The notes under the pieces are model-generated. The model had not been told where the DNA came from and did not search any database. It saw nothing but the letters and a program-made list of their open reading frames with translations. The position numbers were made by a program, and so were the translations under genes. From Paraphysomonas bandaiensis (lineage: Eukaryota > Protista > Chrysophyceae), in NCBI GenBank assembly GCA_965644295.1, contig CBFFRP010000276.1, positions 62,001 through 126,000 of the forward strand: DNA of 64,000 nucleotides. Reading direction: 5' to 3'. Position 1 is the first letter of the stretch. The number at the start of each line of letters is the position of its first letter. Shown here piece by piece: positions 26,984 to 40,253 of this stretch.

Positions 26984-29900
26984 TCATAGGTATAAAAACG
27001 ACATTTTTTCACCAGCAAAGAATGACTTCCCTGAAAAAATACTTCGAGCTTCGAGCGCAGTGACAATTTCTCTAAACACCCAGTACTCAACTGGAACTCT
27101 TTTTCGGGATGAAGGTAACGTCGACTTCTGGGAGACAACACAGAATGAAACTTTAATTGCATCTCTTATGTTGCCAACAGGTGCTGTACTTTCAGATACT
27201 AGTATAGCACTATCATGCTGAGGAAGATACACGCCATACCCAGATCGGAAAGAGGAAGACACTGATGCGTCGGTGTGAGTACTTCTGCGCGTAATCATTC
27301 TAATACATAGAGTCTCCCTGTGTAATGAAAAATTATTGGATATATTCCACCAGATGTACATCAAGGACAGCGGAACGGTGATAAAAAGAGCAAAACAACT
27401 AACAAACCACAATAATGATGAGACTAGACTCAATAATCAGTGTGAGGCAATTTGAACAAACAAGCAGCTACCTGTTTGATCCCTGCCAATCAGGGACAAC
27501 TAGTTCAAAAGCAGACGTATCAAAACGTTCAACAATAGATACTAGAGCGTTAGCAATAACCTGGCGTCTCTCCGTTAAAATGTGAATGCTTGAACGCACT
27601 ATTTTCTAAACTATGTCCAGATACATTTGCATAACATCAGTAACAGACATAACTACTTAAAATATCTAATATATGCACCCTCAACAGTAAAAAAATCGTA
27701 CCTGCTCAGCTGCAGTACACGTAGGAAGCAAGTCCCAAAGAGAGTGACCTTGTTCAGATGAGTTTTTACAACCTATGTAATTGACAGCATACTTCAGGAA
27801 ACGAACGTCCTGTAAATCAGAAAGAGAAAATGTGCCAGTTCCGTCATGTGAATCAGAAGCATCATTTGTACTTCCCATCGTATTATCTGCCCGAAGTTGA
27901 CCATCACCGAGAGTAGAACGACATCTTGCGCATAAAATTAAGCATGTGCTGCTGTCCACAAAATTAGGGTGTATCGAATTTTCCTCAGACAATACGCCGA
28001 TTTTATGACTATCTACAGCGCGAGCAACATTCTCTACGATGAATCCACTTCCAGTTATCACATCTAAAACAGAATTCTGAGTTTTGCAGATGCATTTAAT
28101 CGGACAATTAAGGCTATCAGTCGAAGTAGTCGCTATTGCAGCTATATCTTGAGGTGATGCGGTCATAAATACATTTCCAACGTAGACACTCCCGCGGGGT
28201 GTGATGAGGTCTGCTACTGACATCGGCATCGCTGGTTGAGATTCGCTGCAGACAAACTCGTGCATCATCTAATCTCCAAGAAAAATAAATTACAAAGAAG
28301 TAAAACGAGAATATCGTAACGACAGTTACTCACGTGATCAAATAAACCTGATGGCAATGCCTTAACTGTTTGTATTACTCCGGGGTCGACTATAGTATTG
28401 CAACAGAAGCTACATGCAATGGCTCCACTATCAGTGTGGGCCCTACATGCCTAGCATAGCACAATTCATAAATAAAACGATAGGGTGCACATAAATCACG
28501 TACAAAATGTGAATGTGAATAGCCTGTTACAATAACACATACCTCGTCAGATGACTTCGAGTTGGCTACTGTTTCTCCGTCAGTCTTGGTATAAGGAATT
28601 CGTAAAACTATGCAACCATCGGTGATTACCCCATACGCACTGTCGAGATGTAGAGACAATCCGCTACTCACAGTGATTGGTATGCAACTATAACTAAGGA
28701 CTGACACAGACTCTGATTTGTTTTGTCTATTAGAAATGTAGACGTCGGATTCAACCGTCACAACGACTACACTGCCATTGTGGTGCTTTGAAAACCAACT
28801 ACATATGTTGTTCATACCACTTTGCGCCCGCTTGTCTTTTTCTTGGATCGTTACAACTAAAACATTGATGTTCCTCATATCTTCAACAAAGTAAGATAAA
28901 TTGTCATGCTGCTTTGGTATCACACAATTAACCCCGTTCTGAGTCTCCTCTACTTGACATATACCACCACGGCCATGGTTGCCGCGGCAAAAAATAGATT
29001 TCTCGCGAGAACTATTCTGCAAAAGAAACGGAATCGAAATCGATGAAGATTGAGCAAGTAAATCGTAAGATCGGGATACAACGATATTATTTGATTGAGT
29101 GGGCTCGCCAGTATCATCAATTTCACTTATAGCTGATGTAATTTGACTGCCATTCGCATAAGAGATGCAAGTTCGCTTGTAAAATAATCGGAATACTCCC
29201 CCATAAGGTGGCAATTTGATTTTCACACGGCCACGGTAAATACATTTTTCACCTTTATTCCTTTCCTCTTTAGGCTCATTAGTATACTCGAAAAATTCAC
29301 CATCTATAGAGTCGGATGCTATGTTGTTGGAGGCCTCCGCGCCACCAGAAGCAGCTTCATTATGGCGCGTATCGAGTACAATAAAATCATCCTCATCCCA
29401 GTCCCCATCTACAAGAATACATTAGTCACACACAGCGTGATGTATTCAATTCACTTATTACTAGACATCAGTCATTGCTATCCTACATCCTAGGCTAAGA
29501 TTATAACTACATACATCACTTTACCTGTAAGTGTGTACTCAACATTTATGTAACCATTCGGCTCAATAGTACTTCCCTCCTCTATCACCTGAAGAGTGAC
29601 CTACCAACCAACAATCACAAAGTAATTCATATCAAGCATACATGCTATGTGTCCTTACAATAGGCGTTCTCAATGATGGAGGCTGATATAACTCAGTTGC
29701 GGTCCCCTTGGGAGCACGTATATTTGAATCCCCATCATAGTTCACACTTTTCCCTGCTATATAGTAAATAAATAACATTGAATAAGAGAAAAGAGTTTAT
29801 ATAATAGTAGGCGCACACAAGACACCTAATATAAACCAACATGCACAACATTAAGGCTGGGACACTTACCAGTAGAATACGTTTTCTCGTCAAAATCTTC

Positions 29901-31844
29901 GGGCCTAAGGTGTGACATCTGCTGCCAGCCCCGATCCAGCTCGGATGACAACTCCTGGGCCCTCTTCTCCGCAGCATCAAGATCTGTTTTGATACTAGAT
30001 TGATGCTTACGTTGAGTCTCCACCTAATTCACAAAGTCATATACAATCATGCATATAAATCCAATTGTTTGCAATATCACTGGATGTGACACTGTGATTG
30101 CAATAGCAAATACGTGCTGATACTATGACACCACATCATTACTAACCTTAGATTTAGCCTCCTCTAGCTGCTGTACTGCGCTCTGGGCCTCCTCAATTAG
30201 ACGAGCAATTTCATCTTTTGTTGCATTTGCAGCACCTAAATTCAATGACATTGGGTTACGCCGTAGGTAAATACGTAACTTCCTATCGTAAGATGTGTCG
30301 CGTAGCCGTAATTTCGACTTTCGAACTGATTTCTATAATAACTCTAACATTATTCACGACATTGCTGCTGTTGGGAATATAATAAATCAATTCATGCGTA
30401 CCTAGTTTTCCTTTTATGAGAGTAAAGTAGTAAACGCTTCCTCCTTCAGATGTTGTTATAGGTCTGCACTTATAGGGTTTGCTCTGACCCTTCGGAACAT
30501 AGGCATATTTGAATAGACACTCCGCGATAACCTCAAACACAGACTGTGGCATGGTAGTAATAATGATAAATACTCCGAATTCTTGTAATACACCCCATGT
30601 GGACTCCAGATACAGTGCGGCCGACTTTGGCCCAGACATGGAATCACCAGGGTCAGTTGCACTGGCGATAGCATCTAGTGTACCTTTGTCGATAACGGCC
30701 ATACAAGATCGACTCATACTTGCTGGCATGTGCCTTCCATCAGCCTGTAGTATACTTTACGGTGATGGACTAAAGTGCAGTTCAGAGCAAAGGAGTGATT
30801 TACGTGACACTACTGCATACGTCATGTCTGTTCACGCATACACAGACGACTACATAAAATGGTCACATCAATAGATTTTCTACCACACTACTACATTGTC
30901 AACTATATGTTATTCTATACATCCTATTATAACAGTTATACCTGTATATAACGTAATGTTTTCATATCATTTCGTGTTCTTCTTTGTTCCATATTATTAA
31001 TTACTGCTGCAGAATAATCAGATCCACATATATGTCTAAACCCTGTATACAGTGTTAGCTGATAGATAGTCGTCTTATATAATAATATATATACCAGCTT
31101 TCCATAAATCTTCACATAATGATGAATTTCCACATCCGGATACAAGTATTTCTCCAATCATTTCATTTGATGGTAAGTTATTTCCCAAACGTTCCATACA
31201 TTCTTGTAAATCATATACTAATATCTCTTGAATATCTTCAAAATTAAGATACCATTCATATATCTTTTCTTCATTTTCTTTTTCATAACGTTGATCCCAG
31301 TATTGTGTATTACCATATTGATCATTTGATTGTTTGTTTCTATATATATATATATATATATATAATCAAATTAATAGTATTATAAAATAATATAAACTGA
31401 AAATATTACATTGTTGAAGATTTCACTTGTTGTTTCGCATAGAATACTTCTGTTGCAGCTTTAGTTTGTTCTTCTTTTAATTTTTCTATTACAGCTGTTG
31501 CACTCTATATATATATATATATTACTTCATGTTAACTTCATGTCACTTCATATAACTTCATAAACACTTCATGTTAACTTCATATAACTTCATGTCACTT
31601 CATTACACACTTCATGTTAACTTCATGTCACTTCATTACACTTCATAAACACTTCATAACACATCAATTATATAGAAGTTTGAATATAATACAACTGTAT
31701 TCTATACAATACATTATTTACCTTAACAGCTTTAAATGCTTCTGCAAGGGACATAGAGCTAATATTAGATTGTAATTCTTGTAAATGCTTTGTAGCACTA
31801 TCTGAAGTAGTAGAATTCTTCGATTTCTTGCTTTTCTTTCCCAT
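26984..31844 (-). CDS. Multi-exon predicted fusion: EEF1AKMT4/METTL13-N-like methyltransferase, coiled coil, SKICH-like domain, UBE3D/HECT_2-like domain
   Basis: Methyltransferase motifs YG...YWDQRY...YEWY, ILVSGCGNS, GSDYS and VIDKGTLDAI. SKICH-like GDWDEDDFI...G.V.I.LPPYGG.F.L.Y. HECT_2-like CSFC..ALPSG.FDH|MMHEFVC, CARCRSTLG and KVSF. GT-AG introns keep phase, and exon 29408-28541 is open across the domain junction. Confidence 0.65.
31525..31662. repeat. Intronic minisatellite with 10-13 bp ACTTCAT-containing unit
   Basis: cttcatgttaa / cttcatgtca / cttcatataa variants repeated about 12 times in intron 1. Confidence 0.85.
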
Positions 31845-32476
31845 TTATGAATAATAATATAATAAACTTTAATCAAATTGAGTGTTATCAAATGATATAT
31901 TGACTTAGATACAGATTCAGTGGTGATCTCTGGATTTAATATTATGCAATCAGTGAATATGCATATATATATGCCTCAACACTGCAGGCAAGTGGTTCAA
32001 AATATATTCCACCGTATGATGAGAGGATTTTACATAAAAATGGGGTTTTCTACATTTTCCAGAGTTTTTTGAGATTTTTCACGTTTCGACATCATAAAAG
32101 TTCCACATATCTATCAGAGATTACCATCATATGATTGTATACGTATGGCACCCCCAGATTGAAGATTCATTAGCGAATAATATCTATCTAACTATAATTG
32201 ATTGGCCTAAAATGATTTACTCAATGGGACAGTGGTCTCTCATACGGTACATCACACATATATATATATATATGCATGAACAAGCAAACTATCAGAATAA
32301 CTTGCTATAGCAATGACATCATTGCAATGATAACATCCACTTCACAATAATTCAATTCATTATATTCAATATTTATTACTAATATACAGTTCTAATTCGT
32401 TACTAATTGTCTTTAAAGATACTCGTATGTACTACTATATAAGTATCTAACTAAACACTGGAATAAAATCATATAT

Positions 32477-34228
32477 ATGCGAAAAGATTTATTATTATTT
32501 TGTGCAGGTGGTTGTGAAGATATTGTATATAAACAAGTAATTGATATATTAAAACCTATTGATTCAAGTGTATATATATCTCGTGATCTACAAAGTAGAC
32601 ATGATTATGGTGAGATTGTTATCAATGGACACCGTATATATAAAGGTGCTGGAGGTATTGGACGACTAAGGCTAACGACTACTGCCAGTCCCATAGATAT
32701 ATTTAGAATACCAACTGTTCAAGCGGTTTTGGTACATATTGTTTCTTCTTATCAAGTGGAACAGTCAAAGGTATCAACACTGGAGCGAATATCACAACTA
32801 CTAAAATTCGCGAATTGGACTTATATACTACAGTGCTATAGTACAATGGCACAAGTTCAGGAGTTAAGTGAACGTAATAGCAGTCCGAAAGTTAGATTTG
32901 CGGTACGATGTCTACGCGAAGGCTCGCATGAGTTTAATGATCTTGATTTATCACTCCATATTGTCGAATGCCTTGAATCCATTCATCCTACATGGGAACT
33001 TTGTACGAAGGCTCCTAATTATGAAATAGTATGCGTCATTTTAAACGAAGTTGTTTGCTTTGGCATAAATGTGATTCCAAGTCAATCTGTGGCAACAAAT
33101 GTTTTGCGAAAGGAGAGCGATTTTACACCAAATAGCCCAGTCAGGGTAGATCAACTCAGACCATCGACTTCAGCATTATTGATGTCGCTCTGCGAATTAG
33201 AGGTGTGTACAGTTATTTTTATTAATCCTTAAATTTCATACAAAAGATTTTTGTGTGCTTGCAATATTTTTTTGTGACTACTACCGAGCACTATTTTCAC
33301 TGTTATATATTGAAAACTAATCGCATTGTTTTCCCTGTGAGTATATATGGCATTAATACGTATACAGATTGGAGATGTTGTGGTGGACCTTATGACTGGC
33401 TCGGGGGATACAATACTCAGTGCCTGCGGATCGTGTGAACATCAAAGGCCAGCCCCAGGCATAGTGACAGTTGGGGGCAGCAGTGGCCCTCCAGAATGTG
33501 GGGCTAAAATTCGCAACATTCTGGATGTAAGGGCACTTTTCCGTCCACGTCGTTGCTACAGTATAATGTATCATACATTTAGATATTTGTATTGTACAGG
33601 TATTATTTATATATCTAATGTATAATAGGGGGTGTTGTGGAGCGCCAGAAACCTGCCCATTCGGGATGCATCTGTCAATGCTGTTATTGTTGACATTCCA
33701 TTCGGGGCGACACCGAAATTGCTTCCAAGACATCACCGTGCAAGAATTCCACAGGTCGCTATGTAGTTCACCCTGCGTTTGTATTTTTTGGTATATCACT
33801 ATTATTGATATTGCATTTGCGAAGTCATAAGGGCTGTATTGGACATTCTATAGCGACACTGTAATAGAACACACCACCGATATATTTACAGTTTCTTCGC
33901 TTTCATTCTCTAATACGTGTGCATGCAGATAGTGGAAGAAGTGGCCCGCATTCTAGTTCCTTGTCACGGCTATGTATTGTTCTTGGTACAGTCTGCGCAG
34001 CATCTAATCGCATGTATAGACTCACATTACTTCTTTCTTTCTACATGGCGAGGTTTGAATATTGAGGGCATTGTGTACTCTACTGTGATTGCTAAACGCA
34101 CGTGCAAAGCATTCAGTGCATCACGTGTCAGTCGTAGTAGTCCACTAAGCATCGATGATGAAGCTGATAGTCCCGCTCATAAGAAGCGAAAATTTAATTA
34201 TGTTGAAGTGAAGGATACGAAAGACTAG
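32477..34228 (+). CDS. THUMP-domain RNA guanine-N2 methyltransferase (THUMPD2/3, Trm14-like), multi-exon
   Basis: THUMP-like FAVRC.REGSHEF...L. Methyltransferase motifs LRPSTSALL, GDVVVDLMTGSG and LPIRDASVNAVIVDIPFG. Confidence 0.8.
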
Positions 34229-34687
34229 AACCTAATAGGCTGCTAGTATGATACCTAGGTACAATTGCAGCACTACTCCAGTGAGTCGAGTTGTCATGAT
34301 AATGAACTTATGATATAAGTGGACACTAAAATTGTGGTACAGTTTAGCTGATTGTTCCATTATTCAAGTCGGAATGAAAAATTATGGCGTAGCTCATCTT
34401 GTCAATATATGTCGTAGTAACTAAAATTCATTTTGGCGACGAATGAGTGTACATTTTAATATGTCCGAAAAAGGACTAGTGTATGAAATAGGGATGTGTG
34501 CCGCATTACTAGAAAATGTGCCATTAATTTATTATTTTAGCTGTGATTATATTTGGTTGTATTACACACTGAGTACAGCTTAATAATGGCGCTCTGACCT
34601 AGAGATATTGTCCCTCAACATAGTCGGACTCGCACCTTTTCGTGATATTCTGGGGGATAAGTGATAAGTACCGGAAATATTTCTCCT

Positions 34688-34972
34688 GGAAACTAACATG
34701 GGCCGCATATATAGTCAGCAGATGCATTCAACTAACCACTACATTGGTGCAGGTTTTTAACGCCTAATGCTAAATAATAAGACTTTCAATATATAGTCAG
34801 CAGATAATTTTCTTCCCACTCATAGCCAAATGCTTGTGTGGTATTCTTGTGTTGTATAAGGTATAAGGGACACTAATATAAGTGTCATTTGTGATTTGCG
34901 TATATAGATGTCTTTGGTCCCTGACGAATTAGCATACATTCGGCATTGGGCTCACCTTAAGGGCATCCGGAG
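34688..34972 (-). repeat. Dispersed repeat homologous to 18511-18692, interrupted by a retro-insertion
   Basis: Reverse-complement alignment to 18511-18692. Confidence 0.8.
34724..34788 (+). mobile_element. 65-bp 3' fragment of the non-LTR family, with 17-bp TSD
   Basis: gcattca.cta.c.acta..ttggtg.ag.tttt.aacgccta.tgctaaa.aa.aagactttca matches 54423-54487. ATATATAGTCAGCAGAT occurs at 34707-34723 and 34789-34805. Confidence 0.85.
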
Positions 34973-35427
34973 TATTGGGCCGCCGGCTGAAGCAAGGAAG
35001 TCCAAAGCATCCGGGCTGTTCACCTTAAATTATAAAGACTCAAATATCCTGAAGTTAGGAATTTACTACTAATCTGTTCGTGAACGCATCGTTTGTATTT
35101 TCGTATTATGCACATTAGAGCTGTCAAGTTTCTACATTATAGTGCGTACTACAATGAGAAATTTTTCACTTATTTGCCAATACAACGGAATAAAGTTATA
35201 ATGCATTCCGACAATCGCGTACAAAAGCAAGCAAGTAAGATTCAGCGCGTTAAGTTTATCAATAGTATTTCAAATTAAATACGTACGACGCAGCTCCACG
35301 GAAAACTACACATCTAGGTTTATCACATGCGTGAAAAAAATTAACCGCGAGCCTACACCGGCAGCATAAAATACCATGATACTACATAAGTACAACAAAT
35401 AAAGAACTAGATAGAAACCGATATATC

Positions 35428-36883
35428 TCAGAAATCGTCCCCTTCCAGTTCTCCACTATGCCTTCGACTAAACGACACATTTCGAATCAACTCTACCGCA
35501 GCTGCTGGCCCATTCCCACGACGTGAATGTGTCCCCTTCCACCAACTACAACAACAGGAATAATCATGCTTCATCGTTGGATGGCGTCTGTTCACATGAA
35601 TCGTGCCAAGTAAGGGGTAAATAATCTTTCTATGTTCTAATGGAGCCCAACCGTCGCGGGTTTTCGACAACGGCAAAGGACTCATAAAACCCCTAGATTT
35701 CGCTACATCATGCATTTCTTTCAGGACCACAGACCAGCCACATACGACAAATAAAACTACGGCTACCAGCCACAAAATCTGACTATGTTGTGCGGAATGC
35801 CGGAGTGTGTTTAACTCCGTGTCACCCCACTCAGAAGTAATCGATAGATACTCAGCAGCGCCTGCGCACACTATTGACGACACATACCCCAGAAGCATAC
35901 CCCACTGCATTACTGATAATTTACAGTGACCATTAACGTGCAAAAATGCGGCATACAGGAGTTGTAGAAGCAAAATAGTTTCGACTATAACAATTGGTGG
36001 CAGGATGATAGCCCAGTGTAAAGATGGACGGTTTCGAAGCTTGATGGCAACAAGAAACTACAAATACATAGAAAATATCAGCACAGATATATTACGCATA
36101 CGGCTAGATGCATACGAACGCGCTATGTGACAGAACCCATGTATACGAGTATGTATTAATGCTGTACCACTTACCACTTCCAATAGCATCATAAGCACAA
36201 TAAAGCAAGTCATTACGGAGACTGTCTTGATAAGAAAGAGATATGCCACCAAAAGTACTGCCAAAAAAACAATAGGAATAACTGCATTCCACATGCCAAT
36301 CTGATCCTCAACTATCCATAAATACAAAAGTACCTGCTGATACCATTAATACAAGGACGAAAACAGACAACAGTCATAGATAAGTGGATACCACTCTCTA
36401 TTATGAACAATATAAACCCACCTGTGATATACATATTAATATCAATCCTATTGCGGTTACTGTGCCATAAAACAAGAAATATCGCAGCAGCGGCAATGAC
36501 TCATAGTCAATATAGCTACGTGGATTATGCACACCCTCTAATTGCAGAAAATGTCTTTGCTCTTTAGTAACTAAAGTTGATGCTGAACAAACTTGTTTTG
36601 TAGTAAATATCATAGAAATTAATCCATATATACTACCAATCCACATTGGAGAAAATAATAAGACTGTTGATTGAATAATAGTACCATGTGATATAATATG
36701 CACCATGACTAATAGAAAACTGAATAGCCATAATATAATCGTCCATGTAAAATGAAATAATAAATTTTTTGTTCCTGTAATTACAGCATCATCATCATTA
36801 TTATATAATATATTATTATCATGATTAGATTGTGATATTAATTTAGATGTTTCATTATATTGTGAATGATGTGATGATCTCAT
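35428..36883 (-). CDS. Multi-pass membrane protein, TMEM185/Fragile-X-F-associated-like
   Basis: Repeated TM hairpins with LFSPMW, WNAVIP and WAIILPP motifs. Exons are split by GT-AG introns. Confidence 0.55.
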
Positions 36884-37018
36884 TGTGTGTTTGTTTATAA
36901 TAAATGAGAGAATGAAACTCTCTTTTGTTTATATTGAATATGATTCTATAAGATCTAATTCAATAATATTGGAGTGATAGGAATATCTTCTTATGAGTTG
37001 ATTGTTTAATGATGGGAT

Positions 37019-37104
37019 TGTGTATATATATATGTATGTATATATATATGTATGTATATATATATGTATGTATATATATATATATGTATGTATATGTGTG
37101 TGTG
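37019..37104. repeat. TA/TATG/TG low-complexity microsatellite
   Basis: Read directly. Lies upstream of the gene starting at 36883. Confidence 0.9.
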
Positions 37105-38167
37105 TTCATTACTATTCAATCTATGTGTTTTTTTTATATAGAAGAGATGCATGTATGGATGCTTCTATCTTCTATCTTCCTGTCATATGGTATGTCCTTC
37201 TATACAGCATTCGTCCATACCTTCTGCTGTATAATCTGCTGTATATACAATAGCAAGATGCCATATTCCACATATGCATACACATACTTTGGTAGACGTA
37301 TACCGCCCGTATAGCTACACTCTACTTCGTCCACTCTACATTCGCTTATTATGGTGGACGGTGTACTATAGACGTACGTATAGTGAGAGGTACTACTGTA
37401 CACAGTATGACCCTGTTTGTCTCAATTGTCGTCCAATTACCTCCGACTGCCTGTCAGTCGAGTTCCTCGAATAGTATGATGATGTTCTGTGTGTTTATAG
37501 ACATATTCTAAGATAACACTCATCAATGACACCATCTTAATTCCTATATGTTTGTTTTATCTGATTCATTGTGATAACAACAGATTCTTATCTTATAAAT
37601 GTATCAAAGACAATAAGTTTGGAGACTTAAAATTCAATATCTGCAAAGAAATAGTTAATACACTGTCGTTTTCAGTGATCGTTGCAGTGTAGAGCGACTT
37701 GAGCATGTAATCGAAAGCAGATTGCCCTTTATGTTGTTCGTAAAGCTAACTTCCTGCGATTATACTAAACTTCGAACATGCATCATGTCAGTATAGGGAC
37801 CTGATCCTTACATTGTCTAATTTGTAACACATGGATTACTGGTAGTGTCCTGACTTTGCTGGACACCATTTTTGCACGCAACGCAGCCGGTAGATGACCA
37901 TAGGTGTCAAAATATATCAAGAAGCTCGTTGTCCCGGAAAGACTGGGACGATAGAAAAAGTATCAATGATCCTTTTATTTTTCACACAAAATATTTGAGA
38001 CAGTACTCAGACAAGTCGGAGCTTAGTATGTAATGCACAATTTATATACGGGAGTAGCCTCCGAAAAGTGCTAGTGGACTGAAGTAAAACTTATCAATAG
38101 AGAACACAGGAGTTCAAGGACTACCTCAATTCAAGAAGTTAAAAAGCATCCAATCATTCAAAACATC

Positions 38168-38447
38168 GGGATTTATTATTCAACCTAGTCAATTTGGTGT
38201 AATTTCCTAGTCACACCATAATTGTTGTAAAAACCTAGTCAAGTAGTTGAAAAATCTAGTAATTTAATTATTTATATTTTTTTAGTTTACAATGACTAGA
38301 TTGACTAGGTGTTTTAGGGTATTCACCTAGTAGTCAAAAATAGTAATTGATTAGGTTGAATCATTTATTACTTTGACTAGGTATTTACACCAAAAATAGT
38401 GTGACTAGGAAATTACATCAATTTGACTAGGTTGAATAATATTTCCC
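38168..38447. mobile_element. Non-autonomous TIR element (Mutator-like MITE), 280 bp
   Basis: ~49-bp terminal inverted repeats (GGGA.. TATTATTCAACCTAGTCAA.TTG.TGTAATTTCCTAGTCACAC, about 4 mismatches). Internal CTAGTC/GACTAG sub-repeats. 9-bp flanks CAAAACATC and AAAAACATC. Confidence 0.85.
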
Positions 38448-38774
38448 AAAAACATCTAGCCAGTATATGTAAAAGAACAAGAAGCGTTGAAACATATATA
38501 CAGCTAAGTTTTATTTGATGCCGTACTTGGTAATTGTAATTTCTGCTATCGTAACATATTACTCTAAAATCTAAAATAGTTCCTTGTAAGAACGTTTGAA
38601 GTATTTGTAGATGTAGAAGCGACTATGCTTACGGATTAATACCCTTCAATAGTATACGGATTGACGGTTTTCATATCGGTAAGTGATTAATGTCGTGTAG
38701 TAGGCAATACTCCTTCGTATTACTTATGACAAAATCTTAATTTAGATACAGCACTTGATTCTATAATTTAGTCA

Positions 38775-39586
38775 CTACGCTAGTTTCACTGCAACAAATG
38801 TATTAACATAAGAATACCTTGACAGGACAATGAACAGCCGTCTGTACCACACAAACTGTGAAGCATGTGCACACATAGACCTATAAGTCGTCAGATGACT
38901 GTTGTTAATAACTACAAACTCCTCAAATACTAATGAACACAAAATATCAAGAGGGCCTAAAAACTTTCTGAAAATGTTTGTGGAAATAAGTTTTACACAC
39001 TGTATGTTGAAATCGAACTTTCTGTATATAGAAACGGCTTGAACAACTCCCCTGGACGTCGCAATATGGTTGGGATGACCTGACACACCACTCTCATCAA
39101 AGGTTACCACCTGTACACATAGGACACGTCAGAGATTAGTTTTTCCAATATATATAGTAAATACAGTACATCTCAATATAGTAACAAGAATGCACTATTA
39201 ACTATACGCCTACAATATATACACAAGGCATGTGTCTATACCAGATCCGGCTCAACGTCTTTCAAGATGTCCAACACAGTCTCAGAAACAACACTAATTG
39301 GCCATGATATGCTCATACTATCTTGTAAAAGAGGATGATCTACTACATACACATCTTCAGTTCGTATTCCATACAAATGTGCGGAATGTAACAACTCTTG
39401 TTTTCTTCTTTCACCTAAACCTTCAAAATTACCAGTTGATAAACAAAGTAATGATATTGTACAAGATGAAGGAAAAGAATTTAAAATTGGTGAAAAAAAC
39501 ATCGCTTCATCATCAGGATGTGCGATTATAAGAAGAATATTTCTATTCTTCTCAATTCTGTTATTTTTATTAGATTTCATCCACAT
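38775..39586 (-). CDS. PIGL: N-acetylglucosaminyl-phosphatidylinositol de-N-acetylase, 2 exons
   Basis: IAHPDDEAMFF.P, CLSTGN..GLG..R..EL, TFD..GVSGHPNH and H.SQFVWYRRL motifs. Confidence 0.92.
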
Positions 39587-39748
39587 TTTTATATATATTA
39601 TGAGTTGATAAAGAGATTCTATCTTAGTATACTCTGTTTACACCACTATCATATAGAGGAAATGACAATATATACAGATTGTGTGATCATATTGTCTGAT
39701 AATAAGTATGTAAGGTATGCAGAGGAGGGTACGTGAGTATCCTGTACA

Positions 39749-39875
39749 GTATCAGCATCCTTTGTATATTTTTGTTCAAAGATGCCTCAAATATTGAGAT
39801 AACAATTATCTGTATTCCAGCCGTAGTTGTATATCAGTAATATAGAGTATATTTGATTCAATTTATTTCCGAAAA
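39749..39875 (-). repeat. Promoter-region element, copy 3
   Basis: Reverse-complement match to 2424-2547. Confidence 0.9.
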
Positions 39876-40253
39876 CATTATATGCATGCGCATATCACAG
39901 CACGTAACTTTAAGACCCTATATACGGATGCAGTCTGCAGTATACAGCAGTATACCAGGATACTTCTCCCTCATATACGGATATGGTATGCATGTATCAG
40001 TGCATAGGTCCAGATGTACAGGTATATAAATACTCCTCCTATACGTACATATATGACTATACGTACATTCGTAGTACTAAAACACTCTTATGGAGTGTGC
40101 ATGCATATAAGAGTTAGCTACCTCTCACTCATAGTTACATTACTCATATATATATATATATACACTGAATAACTACATAATTTAAATAATATTTCACAAA
40201 TTCAGTGTATTTACAATAATTTAATTACTCTATCTATCAAACTACTTAATCCA

